Origin: Candidatus Nealsonbacteria bacterium | GTDB taxonomy: Bacteria; Patescibacteriota; Minisyncoccia; Minisyncoccales; CSSED10-335 | DNA: 51,731 nt | Direction: 5' to 3' | Assembly (NCBI GenBank): GCA_019923605.1 | Contig: JAHXGM010000002.1 | Span: forward strand, 1-51,731 | Shown: positions 16,512 through 28,663 of the stretch, piece after piece | Layout of the letters: each line of letters opens with the position of its first letter | Position numbering within the stretch: position 1 is the stretch's first letter | The notes under the pieces: model-generated | Seen by the model: only the letters and a program-made list of their open reading frames with translations | Database searches by the model: none | Told to the model about the DNA's origin: nothing | Made by a program: the position numbers and the translations under genes

Positions 16512-17903
16512 TCAACGAGGTCTTTTTTTAATAATAGCATCACTTCCGGCATCTTCTACTATATATCCTAATTTTTCTATTTCTTCCCTTACTTCATCAG
16601 CTTTTTGCCAATCTTTATTCTTGCGGTATTTCTCTCTCTTTTTTGATAATTTCTTTATCTCTTCTGGCGCTTCTTCATCTTTTTCTAATTGATCCAACTT
16701 TAATCCAAAGATTTTATCAAATTCAAGAGCTAAGACATATTTCTCATTATCGTTAAGTTCGCTTGATTTAAGTATTTTCCAAAGAAGAGCCAAAGCCTTA
16801 GGTGTATCAAGGTCATGATTTATACTATCCAGGAATTCTTTTTTGTATTGATCAATCTTTTCAGTTGAAAACCCTTCTCTTTGATCTAAGTTTTTTACCT
16901 TACTATAGAGGGAATAAAGGCTGTTCTGGGCATTTTCAATAGATTCCCAGCTAAAAGCTAGTTCTGACCGATAATGTGCTCCAAGGCACAAATATCGGTA
17001 AGCAAGGGGATTGATGTTTTTTTCAATTAACGTCTCAACTCTAAGGATTTCACCTTTAGATTTTGACATTTTTTTAGTTTTTAGAATCAAGAATTCATTA
17101 TGTAGCCAGAAGTTAGCTAATTCCTTGTTGTATATAGCATCTGATTGGGCAAGCTCATTGGTATGGTGGATTTGTATATGATCTATTCCTCCGGTATGAA
17201 TATCAATTGGTACCCCCAGTTCTTTGGCTGCCATTGCAACACATTCAGTATGCCATCCCGGAAAACCTATGCCCCAAGGGGATTCCCATTCCATTTGTCT
17301 TTTTTCGTTTTTTGGGCTGAACTTCCATAGAGCAAAGTCAGTTATATTCTTTTTTCCATCTACCATTTCAACCCTCGCTCCAGCCTTTAATTCAACTTTA
17401 TCGCTACCCCAGAGTTTTCCATAATTATTAAGTTTTGAGGTATCAAAGTAGACCCCATCTTCAATGATATATGTAAAACCTTTTTCTTCCAGCTTTTTGA
17501 TAATATCTATTTGTTCAGGGATATAGTCAGTGACTTTAGTCCAGATTGAAGGGTCCTTTATATTGAGTTGTTTTAAGTTTGTTTGAAAAGCTTTGGTGTA
17601 ATACTCTGCCACTTCCCACACCGTTTTATTTTCTCTTTTAGCTCCTTTTTCTAACTTATCCTCTCCAGTATCTTCATCTGAGGTCAAATGACCAACATCA
17701 GTAATATTTATGACGTGTTTTACTTTATACTCATTGTATTCAAGAGTCTTTTTTAAAATATCTACAAAGATATATGCTCTTAAATTTCCGATATGAGCAT
17801 ACCAGTAGACAGTTGGTCCACAAGAGTACAGTGTGACCTCATCTTTTTTAATGGGCTCAAATACTTCCTCTTTTCTAGTTAGGGTGTTATATAACTTAAT
17901 CAT
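16512..17903 (-). CDS. cysS: Cysteinyl-tRNA synthetase
   Basis: CGPTVYWYAHIGNLR (HIGH region), KMSKSKG, and a CysRS-type catalytic core (WESPWGIGFPGWHTEC). Confidence 0.93.
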   Translation of the reverse strand: MIKLYNTLTRKEEVFEPIKKDEVTLYSCGPTVYWYAHIGNLRAYIFVDILKKTLEYNEYKVKHVINITDVGHLTSDEDTGEDKLEKGAKRENKTVWEVAEYYTKAFQTNLKQLNIKDPSIWTKVTDYIPEQIDIIKKLEEKGFTYIIEDGVYFDTSKLNNYGKLWGSDKVELKAGARVEMVDGKKNITDFALWKFSPKNEKRQMEWESPWGIGFPGWHTECVAMAAKELGVPIDIHTGGIDHIQIHHTNELAQSDAIYNKELANFWLHNEFLILKTKKMSKSKGEILRVETLIEKNINPLAYRYLCLGAHYRSELAFSWESIENAQNSLYSLYSKVKNLDQREGFSTEKIDQYKKEFLDSINHDLDTPKALALLWKILKSSELNDNEKYVLALEFDKIFGLKLDQLEKDEEAPEEIKKLSKKREKYRKNKDWQKADEVREEIEKLGYIVEDAGSDAIIKKRPR

Positions 17904-17997
17904 GATTACACTTTACTATATTGACCTCTCAAAATCAATTTAAAAAAAGACCAGAGAAATATATCTCTCTTGGTTTCAAGTTTCTATTGCAACTTAA

Positions 17998-18342
17998 TTG
18001 TTAACTAATTTAATAGGAACATTAAATATTTTTATTGATTTGGGTGTTTTGAATTTTTTAATAGCCCTTACTTCAATTACTGTCAGCTTATATTATACTC
18101 TATTTAAGTCCATTTCTCTCTTAGTTGCTGCAACAAACAGTTATTTCTGGAATAAACATTGGACTTTTAAGTAAAAAGATAGTATCTTTTCTTCAGGTGA
18201 GTTTAGTAAGTTTCTTATTGTTACTCTCATTGGTTTCATTATTAATGTAGCTAGTGTCATTTTTGTAGTTAATATAATTGCTCTTCAATACGGAATTGAT
18301 GGTGTTATATGGGCTAATGTCGGGGCATTTGTATTAGTCTAA
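17998..18342 (+). pseudogene. GtrA-family membrane protein gene with an in-frame TAA and no ATG start
   Basis: The frame reads LLTNLIGTLNIFIDLGVLNFLIALTSITVSLYYTLFKSISLLVAATNSYFWNKHWTFK, then TAA at 18172-18174, then KDSIFSSGEFSKFLIVTLIGFIINVASVIFVVNIIALQYGIDGVIWANVGAFVLV in the same frame. NxxWNKHWTF is the GtrA hallmark. Confidence 0.65.
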
Positions 18343-18363
18343 ATTTATAATATTTAAGAAATA

Positions 18364-19497
18364 ATGAATAATCTTGTTTTTTATAGAAAATACAGACCAA
18401 AATCTTTCTCTGAGGTTGTTGGGCAGGAGTATATTATCAAAACGATTACTAATGCTATTTCCTCAGAAAAGGTTTCTCACGCTTATCTTTTCTGTGGTCC
18501 CAAGGGATCAGGAAAGACTACTGTAGCAAGACTTTTAGCTAAGGCAGTCAACTGTGAAGATATGACCGGATTTGAGCCTTGCAACAAGTGTGCTAATTGT
18601 ATTGAGATATCTAGAGGTGCTTCAATGGATTTATTGGAAATAGATGCGGCATCTCATAGGGGAATTGATGATATTCGAGAATTAAAAGAGGGAATAAGGT
18701 TTGCCCCTACCAGATCTAAGAAAAAAGTATATATCATTGATGAATCACATCAATTAACAAAAGAAGCATCTAATGCTCTTTTGAAGATGCTTGAAGAAGC
18801 ACCGGATCATGTTGTTTTTATCCTTGCTACCACTGAGGCACATAAGATGATTCCAACTATTATCTCAAGATGTCAAAGGTTTGACTTTAGGAAGTTAATT
18901 CTTCCTGAGATTGTTAAGAGGCTTGAAATTTTAGCCAAGAAAGAGAAGATAAAGATTAGTAATGATGCCTTAAGATTAATTGCTTCTAATTCTGAAGGAG
19001 CCTTGCGAGATGCAGAAAGTCTTTTGGGACAGATTTCATCTTTCTTTATCGGAAGTGATGTGGAGATAAAAGGGGAAGATATTGAAGGGTTACTTGGTTT
19101 GGTTGATACGGGATTAGTATCTGGTATAACGGATTTGATAATAGAGAAGAAAGCTAAAGAAGCCCTTAACTACATCAATGATTTATTAGATAAGGGAAAG
19201 GATCCCCAAGAGTTTTTAAAGGCTTTAATTAATTACTTAAGAAAGGCATTGGTCTTAAAAGTTGTAGGATCAGATGAAGCTAAGAATCCTAATAGTTCTG
19301 TTATTAATTCCATTCTTACCGGATTGACTAAAGAGGATTTTCAAAAACTTCAAGAACAAGTATCAAAGACTACAAGAGAGGATTTAATAAAGACCATAAA
19401 CACATTACTTGAAGCCCAGAATAAGATGAGATATGCCTCAATAATTCAACTTCCCTTGGAGCTTGCAATAGTTGATATTATTGGTATAACTGAATAG
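18364..19497 (+). CDS. dnaX: DNA polymerase III subunit gamma/tau, short gamma-length form
   Basis: YRPKSFSEVVGQEYI, P-loop GPKGSGKTT, zinc module CEDMTGFEPCNKCANC, and SRCQRF. It is 377 aa and has no tau C-terminal extension. Confidence 0.92.
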   Translation: MNNLVFYRKYRPKSFSEVVGQEYIIKTITNAISSEKVSHAYLFCGPKGSGKTTVARLLAKAVNCEDMTGFEPCNKCANCIEISRGASMDLLEIDAASHRGIDDIRELKEGIRFAPTRSKKKVYIIDESHQLTKEASNALLKMLEEAPDHVVFILATTEAHKMIPTIISRCQRFDFRKLILPEIVKRLEILAKKEKIKISNDALRLIASNSEGALRDAESLLGQISSFFIGSDVEIKGEDIEGLLGLVDTGLVSGITDLIIEKKAKEALNYINDLLDKGKDPQEFLKALINYLRKALVLKVVGSDEAKNPNSSVINSILTGLTKEDFQKLQEQVSKTTREDLIKTINTLLEAQNKMRYASIIQLPLELAIVDIIGITE

Positions 19498-19500
19498 TAT

Positions 19501-19571
19501 TGCCGGGTCGTCTAATGGTAGGACAGCGCCCTTTGAAGGCGTCGATTGGGGTTCGAGTCCCTGCCCGGCAG
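19501..19571 (+). tRNA. tRNA-Gln (anticodon TTG)
   Basis: Hand-folded. Acceptor TGCCGGG/CCCGGCA (perfect), D arm GTCT..GGAC, anticodon arm GCGCC-CTTTGAA-GGCGT, T loop TTCGAGT. It starts 3 nt after the dnaX stop. Confidence 0.88.
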
Positions 19572-20038
19572 CATAAATTTTGATGTTGTCTTGCATTGAT
19601 GTTTCTCTAAAAAAACTACTTAAACAAACAAAAGCGATGAGAACATTGTGGCACATTAAATACTGCGTTGAGGAATAAGTTCTGTATCCTAAGTTCTTTC
19701 CCTTGTCCAAGGGTCAACCGTTGGTCTTTTTTAGCGACCAGAAATTGGGAATATATGGGAGTTGAACTTCCGCAGATTATACTTCCATAGATTAGACAAT
19801 CTAACGTGTCGTAGGGCATGGGGTTTTAAGTTATCCATAGTGTCAAAGCAAAGTAGAAATGACAGTGATTAGCAAAATAGAAATGTCAGTTAGCTGATAA
19901 TTTAGCGACACGTTTTTTCTCTTGAATCCGACCACAGTGTCTCCAAGGATGGTCAGGAGCAGGTCTATCTTATATCTATTTACTGATAATAATTTAAGTA
20001 TGCACTACTTTGACATAATTTATCAAGTGATCAAAACA

Positions 20039-20112
20039 TGTCTAATACGTATATTCAATTTCTACTTTTGTAGATAAACATCATTTCAGTATTAAAAATT
20101 GTCTAATACGTA
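20039..20112 (+). promoter_or_regulatory. Two perfect 13-bp direct repeats upstream of the ATPase promoter (candidate regulator sites)
   Basis: TGTCTAATACGTA occurs at 20039-20051 and at 20100-20112, with a 61-bp period. The proximal copy ends 4 nt before the -35 hexamer. Confidence 0.45.
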
Positions 20113-20116
20113 ATCC

Positions 20117-20146
20117 TTGACTAAATCAAGATTTTTGTATTATAAT
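20117..20146 (+). promoter_or_regulatory. Sigma70-type promoter of the V-ATPase operon
   Basis: TTGACT (20117-20122), 18 bp spacer, TATAAT (20141-20146). Confidence 0.6.
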
Positions 20147-20172
20147 CGGTTTTGTTTTATAATAATTTATAT

Positions 20173-20477
20173 ATGGAAACTATAGACTTAATAAAAGAGG
20201 TAGAACAAAAAGCAGTATCAATGGTTTTTGATGCTCAAAAAAAAAGAGAAGGGGAGCTTTTAAAGGCTCAAGAAAAGCTGGAAGAGAGCATCAAGAGGCT
20301 TCCAAATGATTTAAAGTTGGAAGTTAGCTCGATTATTGAAAAGGCTAAGATTGAGGCCGAGGGAGCTAAAAAGAGAGAGGTTGAAAAAAGAACTAAGGAA
20401 ATAATAGATCTTGAGAGTAGTTCTAGGCAAAACATAAAGCGGGCGACATCTTTTATTTTAGATAAATTGATTAAATA

Positions 20478-20478
<1 letters not shown>
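20173..20478 (+). CDS. V-type ATPase peripheral-stalk subunit (G/H-like, NtpF position)
   Basis: A charged coiled-coil protein of about 100 aa, in first position of the operon as in Enterococcus ntpF. The ATG at 20173 is preferred, because the track start at 20152 would lie at or upstream of the predicted transcription start. Confidence 0.6.
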
Positions 20479-22933
<2,455 letters not shown>

Positions 22934-22946
22934 CCAGTTTTATTAA

Positions 22947-22971
22947 TCCGGCCGAATTATATTGGGCCGGA
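22947..22971 (+). other. Intra-operon stem-loop after ntpK
   Basis: TCCGGCC-gaattatattg-GGCCGGA is a 7-bp GC-rich stem with no following T-run. Confidence 0.45.
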
Positions 22972-22993
22972 CCATTAAGATTAATTATTTAAA

Positions 22994-23554
22994 ATGGCAT
23001 TAGAAGATATCATCAAAAAAATAGAAGTTGAGGCAGAAGAAAAGGTGAAAGAGATAGAGGCCGAAACAAAAAAAGCTATTTCTCATATAGAAGAGAAAGG
23101 AGTTCGTGAGTTGGATCGAAAGAAAAAAGAGATTTTAGCTGAAGCTGAAAAACAAAAAAAGTCTATTATTGAAAAGGCTCGCTTTGATTTTAAAGGAGAA
23201 ACCAAGGATAAGATTACAGAAAGAAAGCTAAAGGTTATAGACGATGTTTATTTAAAAGTTTTCGGCGAACTTTCTAATCTTAAAAAAGAAGATTATTTGA
23301 AATTATTAGACAAGTTTTGGTCAAAAATTTCAGACAAGAGTGGTCTTGAAATTTTTATTGCTGATAAACGAGAGAATGAGACAAACGAATTTTTCCAAGG
23401 AAAGGGAGTGCAAATTGCTGGAACAGTTAATTCTCAAGGTGGATTTATTGCTAAAACCAGTAAATTAGAGGTAGACAATACTTTTGAATCAATAATAAAT
23501 AATTTTAAAAAAGAAGTTGATATGGAAGTAGTTAAAATATTGTTCAATTCCTAA
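22994..23554 (+). CDS. ntpE: V-type ATPase subunit E
   Basis: 186 aa. Long charged N-terminal helix and a globular C-terminus, at the conserved operon position. Confidence 0.8.
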   Translation: MALEDIIKKIEVEAEEKVKEIEAETKKAISHIEEKGVRELDRKKKEILAEAEKQKKSIIEKARFDFKGETKDKITERKLKVIDDVYLKVFGELSNLKKEDYLKLLDKFWSKISDKSGLEIFIADKRENETNEFFQGKGVQIAGTVNSQGGFIAKTSKLEVDNTFESIINNFKKEVDMEVVKILFNS

Positions 23555-23556
23555 TT

Positions 23557-24516
23557 ATGTCTTATCCTTTTGCATCAGGTAAAATAAGGGTTTTAGAGAA
23601 AAGTCTTCCAGACAAGGTAGACATTGATCGTATGGTTGATGCCGAGAGCGCTGAAAAATCCTTTCAAGTATTTAATGATACTGACCTTTCGGATAATCTT
23701 TTAAACATTCAACCTCATGATTTTGAGAAAGCAATCTATGCAGATATGATTCAAATGCGCGACTTCGCAAAACAAGTATCTCCCGATCCAAAGCTGTTCG
23801 AATTCCTTTTTATAAAGAATGATTTTCATAATATAAAAGTATTATTAAAATCAAAAATGGAAGGTAAGAGTGATTATCAAGAAAAAATTATTCCCTTTGG
23901 CGTGTTTGAGGCAAAAGATATTGAGAACTATATTATGAACGAAGACCGAAAGTCATTAGCTAGCGAATTATTTACCAAGTCATTAGATAAGATAATGAAA
24001 GCTCCTTCCTTAGATAAAGTAGATCCAATCTGCGATAAAGAATATTTCAATACATTGATTGGCTATACAAAGAAAATAAAAAGTAATTTTATAACCCAGC
24101 TCCTTATTTCAGAGATTGATTTTTCAAACTTAAGATTAGCATTGAGGGTAAAAGATAATATTAAAGATTTACATATATCGGGAGGAAATATTTCTAGTAA
24201 AAAATTAGCCGAATTACAGGAAGGAAAAGATGATAAGGTTGTTGAATATCTTAAATCAAAGCTAACCAGATCTGAATTAAAAATATTTGAAAATTATTTT
24301 ACTGAACGAAAATTATGGCAATTTGAGAAAGCAGTCGATGATGTTTTATTAGCTCATTTAAAAGAAGCTAGAAAAATATCATTTGGACCAGAAGTTATTG
24401 TTGCTTATATCAAAGCCAAGGAAATTGCTTTTCGTAATATTAGATTGATAATGACCGCAAGACTTAACGGAGTAGAACCGATTATCATAAAAGAAAGAAT
24501 AAGAAACGTTTTTTAA
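23557..24516 (+). CDS. ntpC: V-type ATPase subunit C (d-subunit)
   Basis: 319 aa, helical. It begins YPFASGKIRVLE and ends KEIAFRNIRLIMTARLNG, typical of bacterial and archaeal subunit C. Confidence 0.8.
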   Translation: MSYPFASGKIRVLEKSLPDKVDIDRMVDAESAEKSFQVFNDTDLSDNLLNIQPHDFEKAIYADMIQMRDFAKQVSPDPKLFEFLFIKNDFHNIKVLLKSKMEGKSDYQEKIIPFGVFEAKDIENYIMNEDRKSLASELFTKSLDKIMKAPSLDKVDPICDKEYFNTLIGYTKKIKSNFITQLLISEIDFSNLRLALRVKDNIKDLHISGGNISSKKLAELQEGKDDKVVEYLKSKLTRSELKIFENYFTERKLWQFEKAVDDVLLAHLKEARKISFGPEVIVAYIKAKEIAFRNIRLIMTARLNGVEPIIIKERIRNVF

Positions 24517-24518
24517 TT

Positions 24519-24836
24519 ATGAAAATAGCTATTATCGGAAATCCAGAAACAATTAAAGGATTTAAATCATTGGGCATTGACCTTCTTGGAGTAAGAAATA
24601 AAGAGGAAGCAGAGAAATCTTTCCTTTCAGTTTATTCTAGCGATGAATATGCCCTACTTCTTTTAACTGAAGATTGGTTTACTGAATTGAGAGATCAGAT
24701 AAAAGAATTTGAAGAAAAACCATTACCGGCCCTTATGATGATCCCCGGTATTGGAAGTAAAAAATCGATTGCTGAGCAAGAACTTAGGCAAATGATTGAA
24801 AGGGCTGTGGGATCCGATATATTTTCTGAAAAATAA
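24519..24836 (+). CDS. ntpG: V-type ATPase subunit F
   Basis: 105 aa. MKIAIIGNPETIKGFKSLGI is typical of subunit F, and the gene sits before ntpA. Confidence 0.8.
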   Translation: MKIAIIGNPETIKGFKSLGIDLLGVRNKEEAEKSFLSVYSSDEYALLLLTEDWFTELRDQIKEFEEKPLPALMMIPGIGSKKSIAEQELRQMIERAVGSDIFSEK

Positions 24837-24851
24837 TCAATATATATTAAT

Positions 24852-26615
24852 ATGGAGGAAACAAAAGAAAAAAAAGGAATAATCGTTAAGGTTTCAGGAC
24901 CTCTAGTTGTTGCTCGAGGAATGAATGAAGCTAAAATGTACGATGTGGTCAAGGTTGGTGATGAAAAACTTGTTGGAGAAATAATTGAGCTTAAAGATGA
25001 TCAAGCATCTATTCAGGTTTATGAAAATACTTCAGGTGTTGGTCCAGGAGAACCAGTATTTTTAACCAAGAAACCCATCTCAGTAGAGCTTGGACCGGGA
25101 CTAATTGAGTCTATCTACGACGGCATACAAAGGCCATTAAGTTTGCTTTACAAGGAAAGTGGTGATTATATCGCCCGAGGAGTTGAAGTTCCAGGTATCG
25201 ATCGTGAGAAGAAATGGAGTTTTAAACCCAATGTTAATATTGGAGATATTGTTAGTGGGGGAGATATTCTTGGTGAAGTGGAGGAAACAGTTTTAGTTCC
25301 TCATAAAATAATGGTACCTCCTTTTGTAAAAGGAGAGGTAGTTGATATAAAAGAGGGAAGTTTTACTGTAGAAGAAACAGTGGCTACGATAAAAACTGAA
25401 AAAGGAGACAAAAATATTCCAATGATTCAGATTTGGCCTATTCGTGAACCTAGACCAATAAAAGAAAAAATTAAACCAGACCAGCTCCTTATTACCGGAC
25501 AAAGAGTAATCGATGCTTTTTTTCCAGTTGCTAAAGGTGGTACAGCTTGTGTTCCCGGACCCTTTGGTAGTGGAAAAACTGTAGTTCAACACCAATTAGC
25601 TAAATGGGCCGATGCTGACATTATAGTATTTATCGGATGTGGAGAAAGAGGAAATGAGATGACCGATGTTTTACAAGAATTCCCTGAACTTAAAGATCCG
25701 CGTACTGGAGAATCTTTAATGAAAAGAACAATCTTGATTGCTAATACTTCAAATATGCCTGTAGCTGCTCGTGAAGCTTCTATTTATACCGGCATAACAA
25801 TTGCAGAATATTTTAGAGATATGGGATACAAGGTAGCTTTAATGGCTGACTCAACATCACGTTGGGCAGAAGCTATGAGAGAAATATCAGGACGTCTTGA
25901 AGAGATGCCTGGTGAAGAAGGTTATCCAGCATATCTTGGATCTAGGACCGCAGCTTTTTATGAAAGAGCGGGAAGAGTCATTTGTCTTGGAGATAAATCT
26001 AATCGTGAAGGTTCGCTTACTGTGATTGGAGCAGTTTCACCTCCAGGAGGAGATCTTTCAGAACCAGTTACCCAAAACACGCTCAGAGTTGTGAAGGTTT
26101 TTTGGGGATTAGATAGTAAGCTTGCATATGCAAGACACTTCCCTGCTATTAACTGGCTAACAAGTTATTCCCTTTATTCTGATGATCTTAATAATTTTAT
26201 GAAGAAAGAAGCTGGAGAAGAATGGCCTGAAATGCGTGCTACTGCCATGAGATTACTTCAAAAAGAAGATGAATTAAAATCAATCGTTCAATTAGTCGGC
26301 GTTGATGCGCTTTCACCAAAAGAACAATTAATTTTAGCGACCACTCAGTCTATTAGAGAAGACTTCTTGCATCAAAATGCTTTTGATGATGTTGATACTT
26401 ACACTAGTCTTACAAAAATGTTTTGGATGCTAAAGGTCATTTTAGAATTGCATGAAAGGTCAATTTCGTTATTAGACAGCGGAAGGCCATTGAAAGATGT
26501 TATTGGTCTTCCGGTAAGAGAAGGAATTGGAAAGATCAAATTTATTCCCGAGAGTGAAATTGATAAATTCAAGGAGATCATTAACGAGATTAAAGAATCA
26601 ACAAATAACCAATAA
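24852..26615 (+). CDS. ntpA: V-type ATPase catalytic subunit A
   Basis: P-loop [10 protein letters not shown], the non-homologous insert region, and [34 protein letters not shown]. Confidence 0.95.
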   Translation: MEETKEKKGIIVKVSGPLVVARGMNEAKMYDVVKVGDEKLVGEIIELKDDQASIQVYENTSGVGPGEPVFLTKKPISVELGPGLIESIYDGIQRPLSLLYKESGDYIARGVEVPGIDREKKWSFKPNVNIGDIVSGGDILGEVEETVLVPHKIMVPPFVKGEVVDIKEGSFTVEETVATIKTEKGDKNIPMIQIWPIREPRPIKEKIKPDQLLITGQRVIDAFFPVAKGGTACVPGPFGSGKTVVQHQLAKWADADIIVFIGCGERGNEMTDVLQEFPELKDPRTGESLMKRTILIANTSNMPVAAREASIYTGITIAEYFRDMGYKVALMADSTSRWAEAMREISGRLEEMPGEEGYPAYLGSRTAAFYERAGRVICLGDKSNREGSLTVIGAVSPPGGDLSEPVTQNTLRVVKVFWGLDSKLAYARHFPAINWLTSYSLYSDDLNNFMKKEAGEEWPEMRATAMRLLQKEDELKSIVQLVGVDALSPKEQLILATTQSIREDFLHQNAFDDVDTYTSLTKMFWMLKVILELHERSISLLDSGRPLKDVIGLPVREGIGKIKFIPESEIDKFKEIINEIKESTNNQ

Positions 26616-26620
26616 GTCAA

Positions 26621-28009
26621 ATGATCAAAGAATACAAAACATTAAAAGAAGTTGCCGGTCCTATTCTTATCATAGATAAGGTCAGCGACGTAAAATATGA
26701 AGAGCTAGTTGAGGTAGAATTAGCAGATGGCTCAATAAGAAGGGGTAGAGTTCTTGAAATTACTGATACCCAAGCGATTGTTCAAATGTTTGAGGATACT
26801 CGTGGTATTAACCTAGAGTCTGGAAAAGCCCGGTTTATAGGTAAGACTATGGAAATCGGTGTTTCTACCGATATGTTGGGAAGGGTTTTTAATGGTTCAG
26901 GAAAACCAAAGGATGGACGCCCAGAGATTGTGCCAGAAAAAAGAATGGACATTAATGGTATTCCTTTAAATCCTTATGCTAGAGATTATCCTAATGATTT
27001 TATTCAAACTGGAATTTCAACGATTGATGGATTGAATACCTTAGTTAGAGGACAAAAACTTCCTATCTTCTCAGGAGCTGGTCTCCCGCATTCAGATATT
27101 GCTGCACAAATCGCTCGTCAAGCAAAGGTAAAAAGTGAAGAAGGTTCATCTGAAAAGAATCCGTTTGTTGTTATCTTTGGGGCTATGGGTATTACTTTTG
27201 AAGAAGCTAATTTCTTCATCGAAGAATTTAAAAAAACTGGTGCAATTGAAAGAGCTGTTCTTTTTTTAAACTTAGCAAATGATCCAGTAGTGGAACGTAT
27301 TACTTTGCCTCGTTTGGCATTAACCACTGCTGAATATTTAGCCTTTGAGAAAGACATGCATGTTTTGGTTATCTTAACTGACATCACTAACTATTGTGAA
27401 GCTTTGCGTGAAATTGGAGCAGCAAGAAAAGAAATTCCTGGAAGGAGAGGTTATCCTGGATATCTCTATACTGACCTTTCAACTCTTTATGAAAGAGCTG
27501 GAAGAGTTAAAGGAAAAAAAGGATCAATCACTCAAATACCAATCCTTACCATGCCTGAAGATGATAAAACTCATCCGATTCCAGACCTAACCGGATATAT
27601 TACTGAAGGACAGATTATGCTTTCTCGTGAACTTTATCGACAAGGAATTCAAACTTGTGTAGATGTTTTACCATCTCTATCAAGGTTGAAGGATAAGGGT
27701 ATTGGAGAAGGAAAAACAAGAGAAGATCATTCAAGCGTTCTTAATCAACTTTTTGCTGCTTATGCTCGTGGAAAAGAAGTTAGGGAATTGGCGGTGATTT
27801 TAGGAGAAGCAGCTCTTTCAGCTGTTGATAAAAATTATCTTGAATTTGCAAATAGCTTTGAAGAAAAGTTTGTAAAGCAAGGAAGAGATGAAGATCGCTC
27901 CATCGAAGAAACCCTTACTATCGGTTGGGATCTTTTATCAATCTTGCCTAAATCTGAATTGAAAAGAGTAAAGGACGAACATATTAAAAAATATTTGTCT
28001 ACTAAATAA
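26621..28009 (+). CDS. ntpB: V-type ATPase subunit B
   Basis: [32 protein letters not shown] and [13 protein letters not shown]. Confidence 0.95.
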   Translation: MIKEYKTLKEVAGPILIIDKVSDVKYEELVEVELADGSIRRGRVLEITDTQAIVQMFEDTRGINLESGKARFIGKTMEIGVSTDMLGRVFNGSGKPKDGRPEIVPEKRMDINGIPLNPYARDYPNDFIQTGISTIDGLNTLVRGQKLPIFSGAGLPHSDIAAQIARQAKVKSEEGSSEKNPFVVIFGAMGITFEEANFFIEEFKKTGAIERAVLFLNLANDPVVERITLPRLALTTAEYLAFEKDMHVLVILTDITNYCEALREIGAARKEIPGRRGYPGYLYTDLSTLYERAGRVKGKKGSITQIPILTMPEDDKTHPIPDLTGYITEGQIMLSRELYRQGIQTCVDVLPSLSRLKDKGIGEGKTREDHSSVLNQLFAAYARGKEVRELAVILGEAALSAVDKNYLEFANSFEEKFVKQGRDEDRSIEETLTIGWDLLSILPKSELKRVKDEHIKKYLSTK

Positions 28010-28011
28010 TT

Positions 28012-28632
28012 ATGTCAAAGCTCGCAGTCAATCCAACACGAATGGAGATGCTTAAGCTTAAGAAAAGGCTTAAGACAGCAGAGCAAGGACACAAACTTCT
28101 TAAAGACAAGAGAGATGGTTTAATGAAAGAATTTATTCAAATCATTAAAGAGGCTCGACAGATTAGAAGAGAAATAGAGCCAGAGCTTCAAAGAGCTTTT
28201 GAGGGATTTCTTTTTGCTTCTGCTTCAGCTTCTCCTTGGAAAATAGAAGAAGCATTACTAGTGCCAAGAAAAAAGATAAGCCTAGAAGCGGACACAAAGA
28301 ATGTTATGGGAGTAAACATTCCAATTTTTGATTACAAAGAAGAAGATATTCCTGTTGCCTATTCTTTGACTCAAACTCCATCAGACCTTGATGAGGCGAC
28401 TGAAACTTTCTCCAGTGTTTTAAGGAAAATGGTTAACCTAGCTCAGATTGAACATTCAGCGAAATTACTTGCTTTTGAAATTGAAAAAACTAGACGTCGT
28501 GTTAACGCTCTAGAATATGTTTTTATACCGGATATAAAAGAGACGATAAAATACATCGAATCAAAACTTACCGAGCAAGAACGAAGTGTTTTAATCACAC
28601 TGATGAAGGTTAAAAAACAAATGACAGCTTAG
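28012..28632 (+). CDS. ntpD: V-type ATPase subunit D (central stalk)
   Basis: NPTRMEMLKLKKRLKTAEQGHKLLKDKRD and a C-terminal TRRRVNALEYVFIP. Confidence 0.9.
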   Translation: MSKLAVNPTRMEMLKLKKRLKTAEQGHKLLKDKRDGLMKEFIQIIKEARQIRREIEPELQRAFEGFLFASASASPWKIEEALLVPRKKISLEADTKNVMGVNIPIFDYKEEDIPVAYSLTQTPSDLDEATETFSSVLRKMVNLAQIEHSAKLLAFEIEKTRRRVNALEYVFIPDIKETIKYIESKLTEQERSVLITLMKVKKQMTA

Positions 28633-28642
28633 ATTATATAAC

Positions 28643-28663
28643 GGCTCTTAGGAGCCTTTTTTT
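28643..28663 (+). terminator. Intrinsic terminator of the V-ATPase operon, overlapping the 3' end of the convergent lysK
   Basis: GGCTC-ttag-GAGCC followed by TTTTTTT. Confidence 0.7.

Noticed and set aside
17904-18200. Possible T-box leader for cysS, given the hairpin plus T-run on the minus strand
   Set aside because: No GGGTGGNACCGCG-like sequence occurs on the minus strand anywhere upstream of cysS. The region is instead occupied by the plus-strand GtrA pseudogene.
18718-18727. AAGAAAAAAG run in dnaX as a possible -1 programmed frameshift site
   Set aside because: It is not in the A_AAA_AAG register relative to the reading frame. It sits at about codon 120, inside the ATPase domain, rather than at the gamma/tau boundary. 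The protein is already gamma-length with a normal stop.
19438-19819. Minus-strand ORFs 19438..19710 and 19616..19819
   Set aside because: The first overlaps dnaX and tRNA-Gln. I tested the second by eye as a possible transposase C-terminal remnant (IYGSIICGSS against IYTTNxIE), but the similarity is too weak to claim.
19945-19964. GGATGGTCAGGAGCAGG resembling the SRP (4.5S) RNA domain IV sequence
   Set aside because: There is no GGAA tetraloop, no symmetric or asymmetric loop partner, and no closing helix on either strand.
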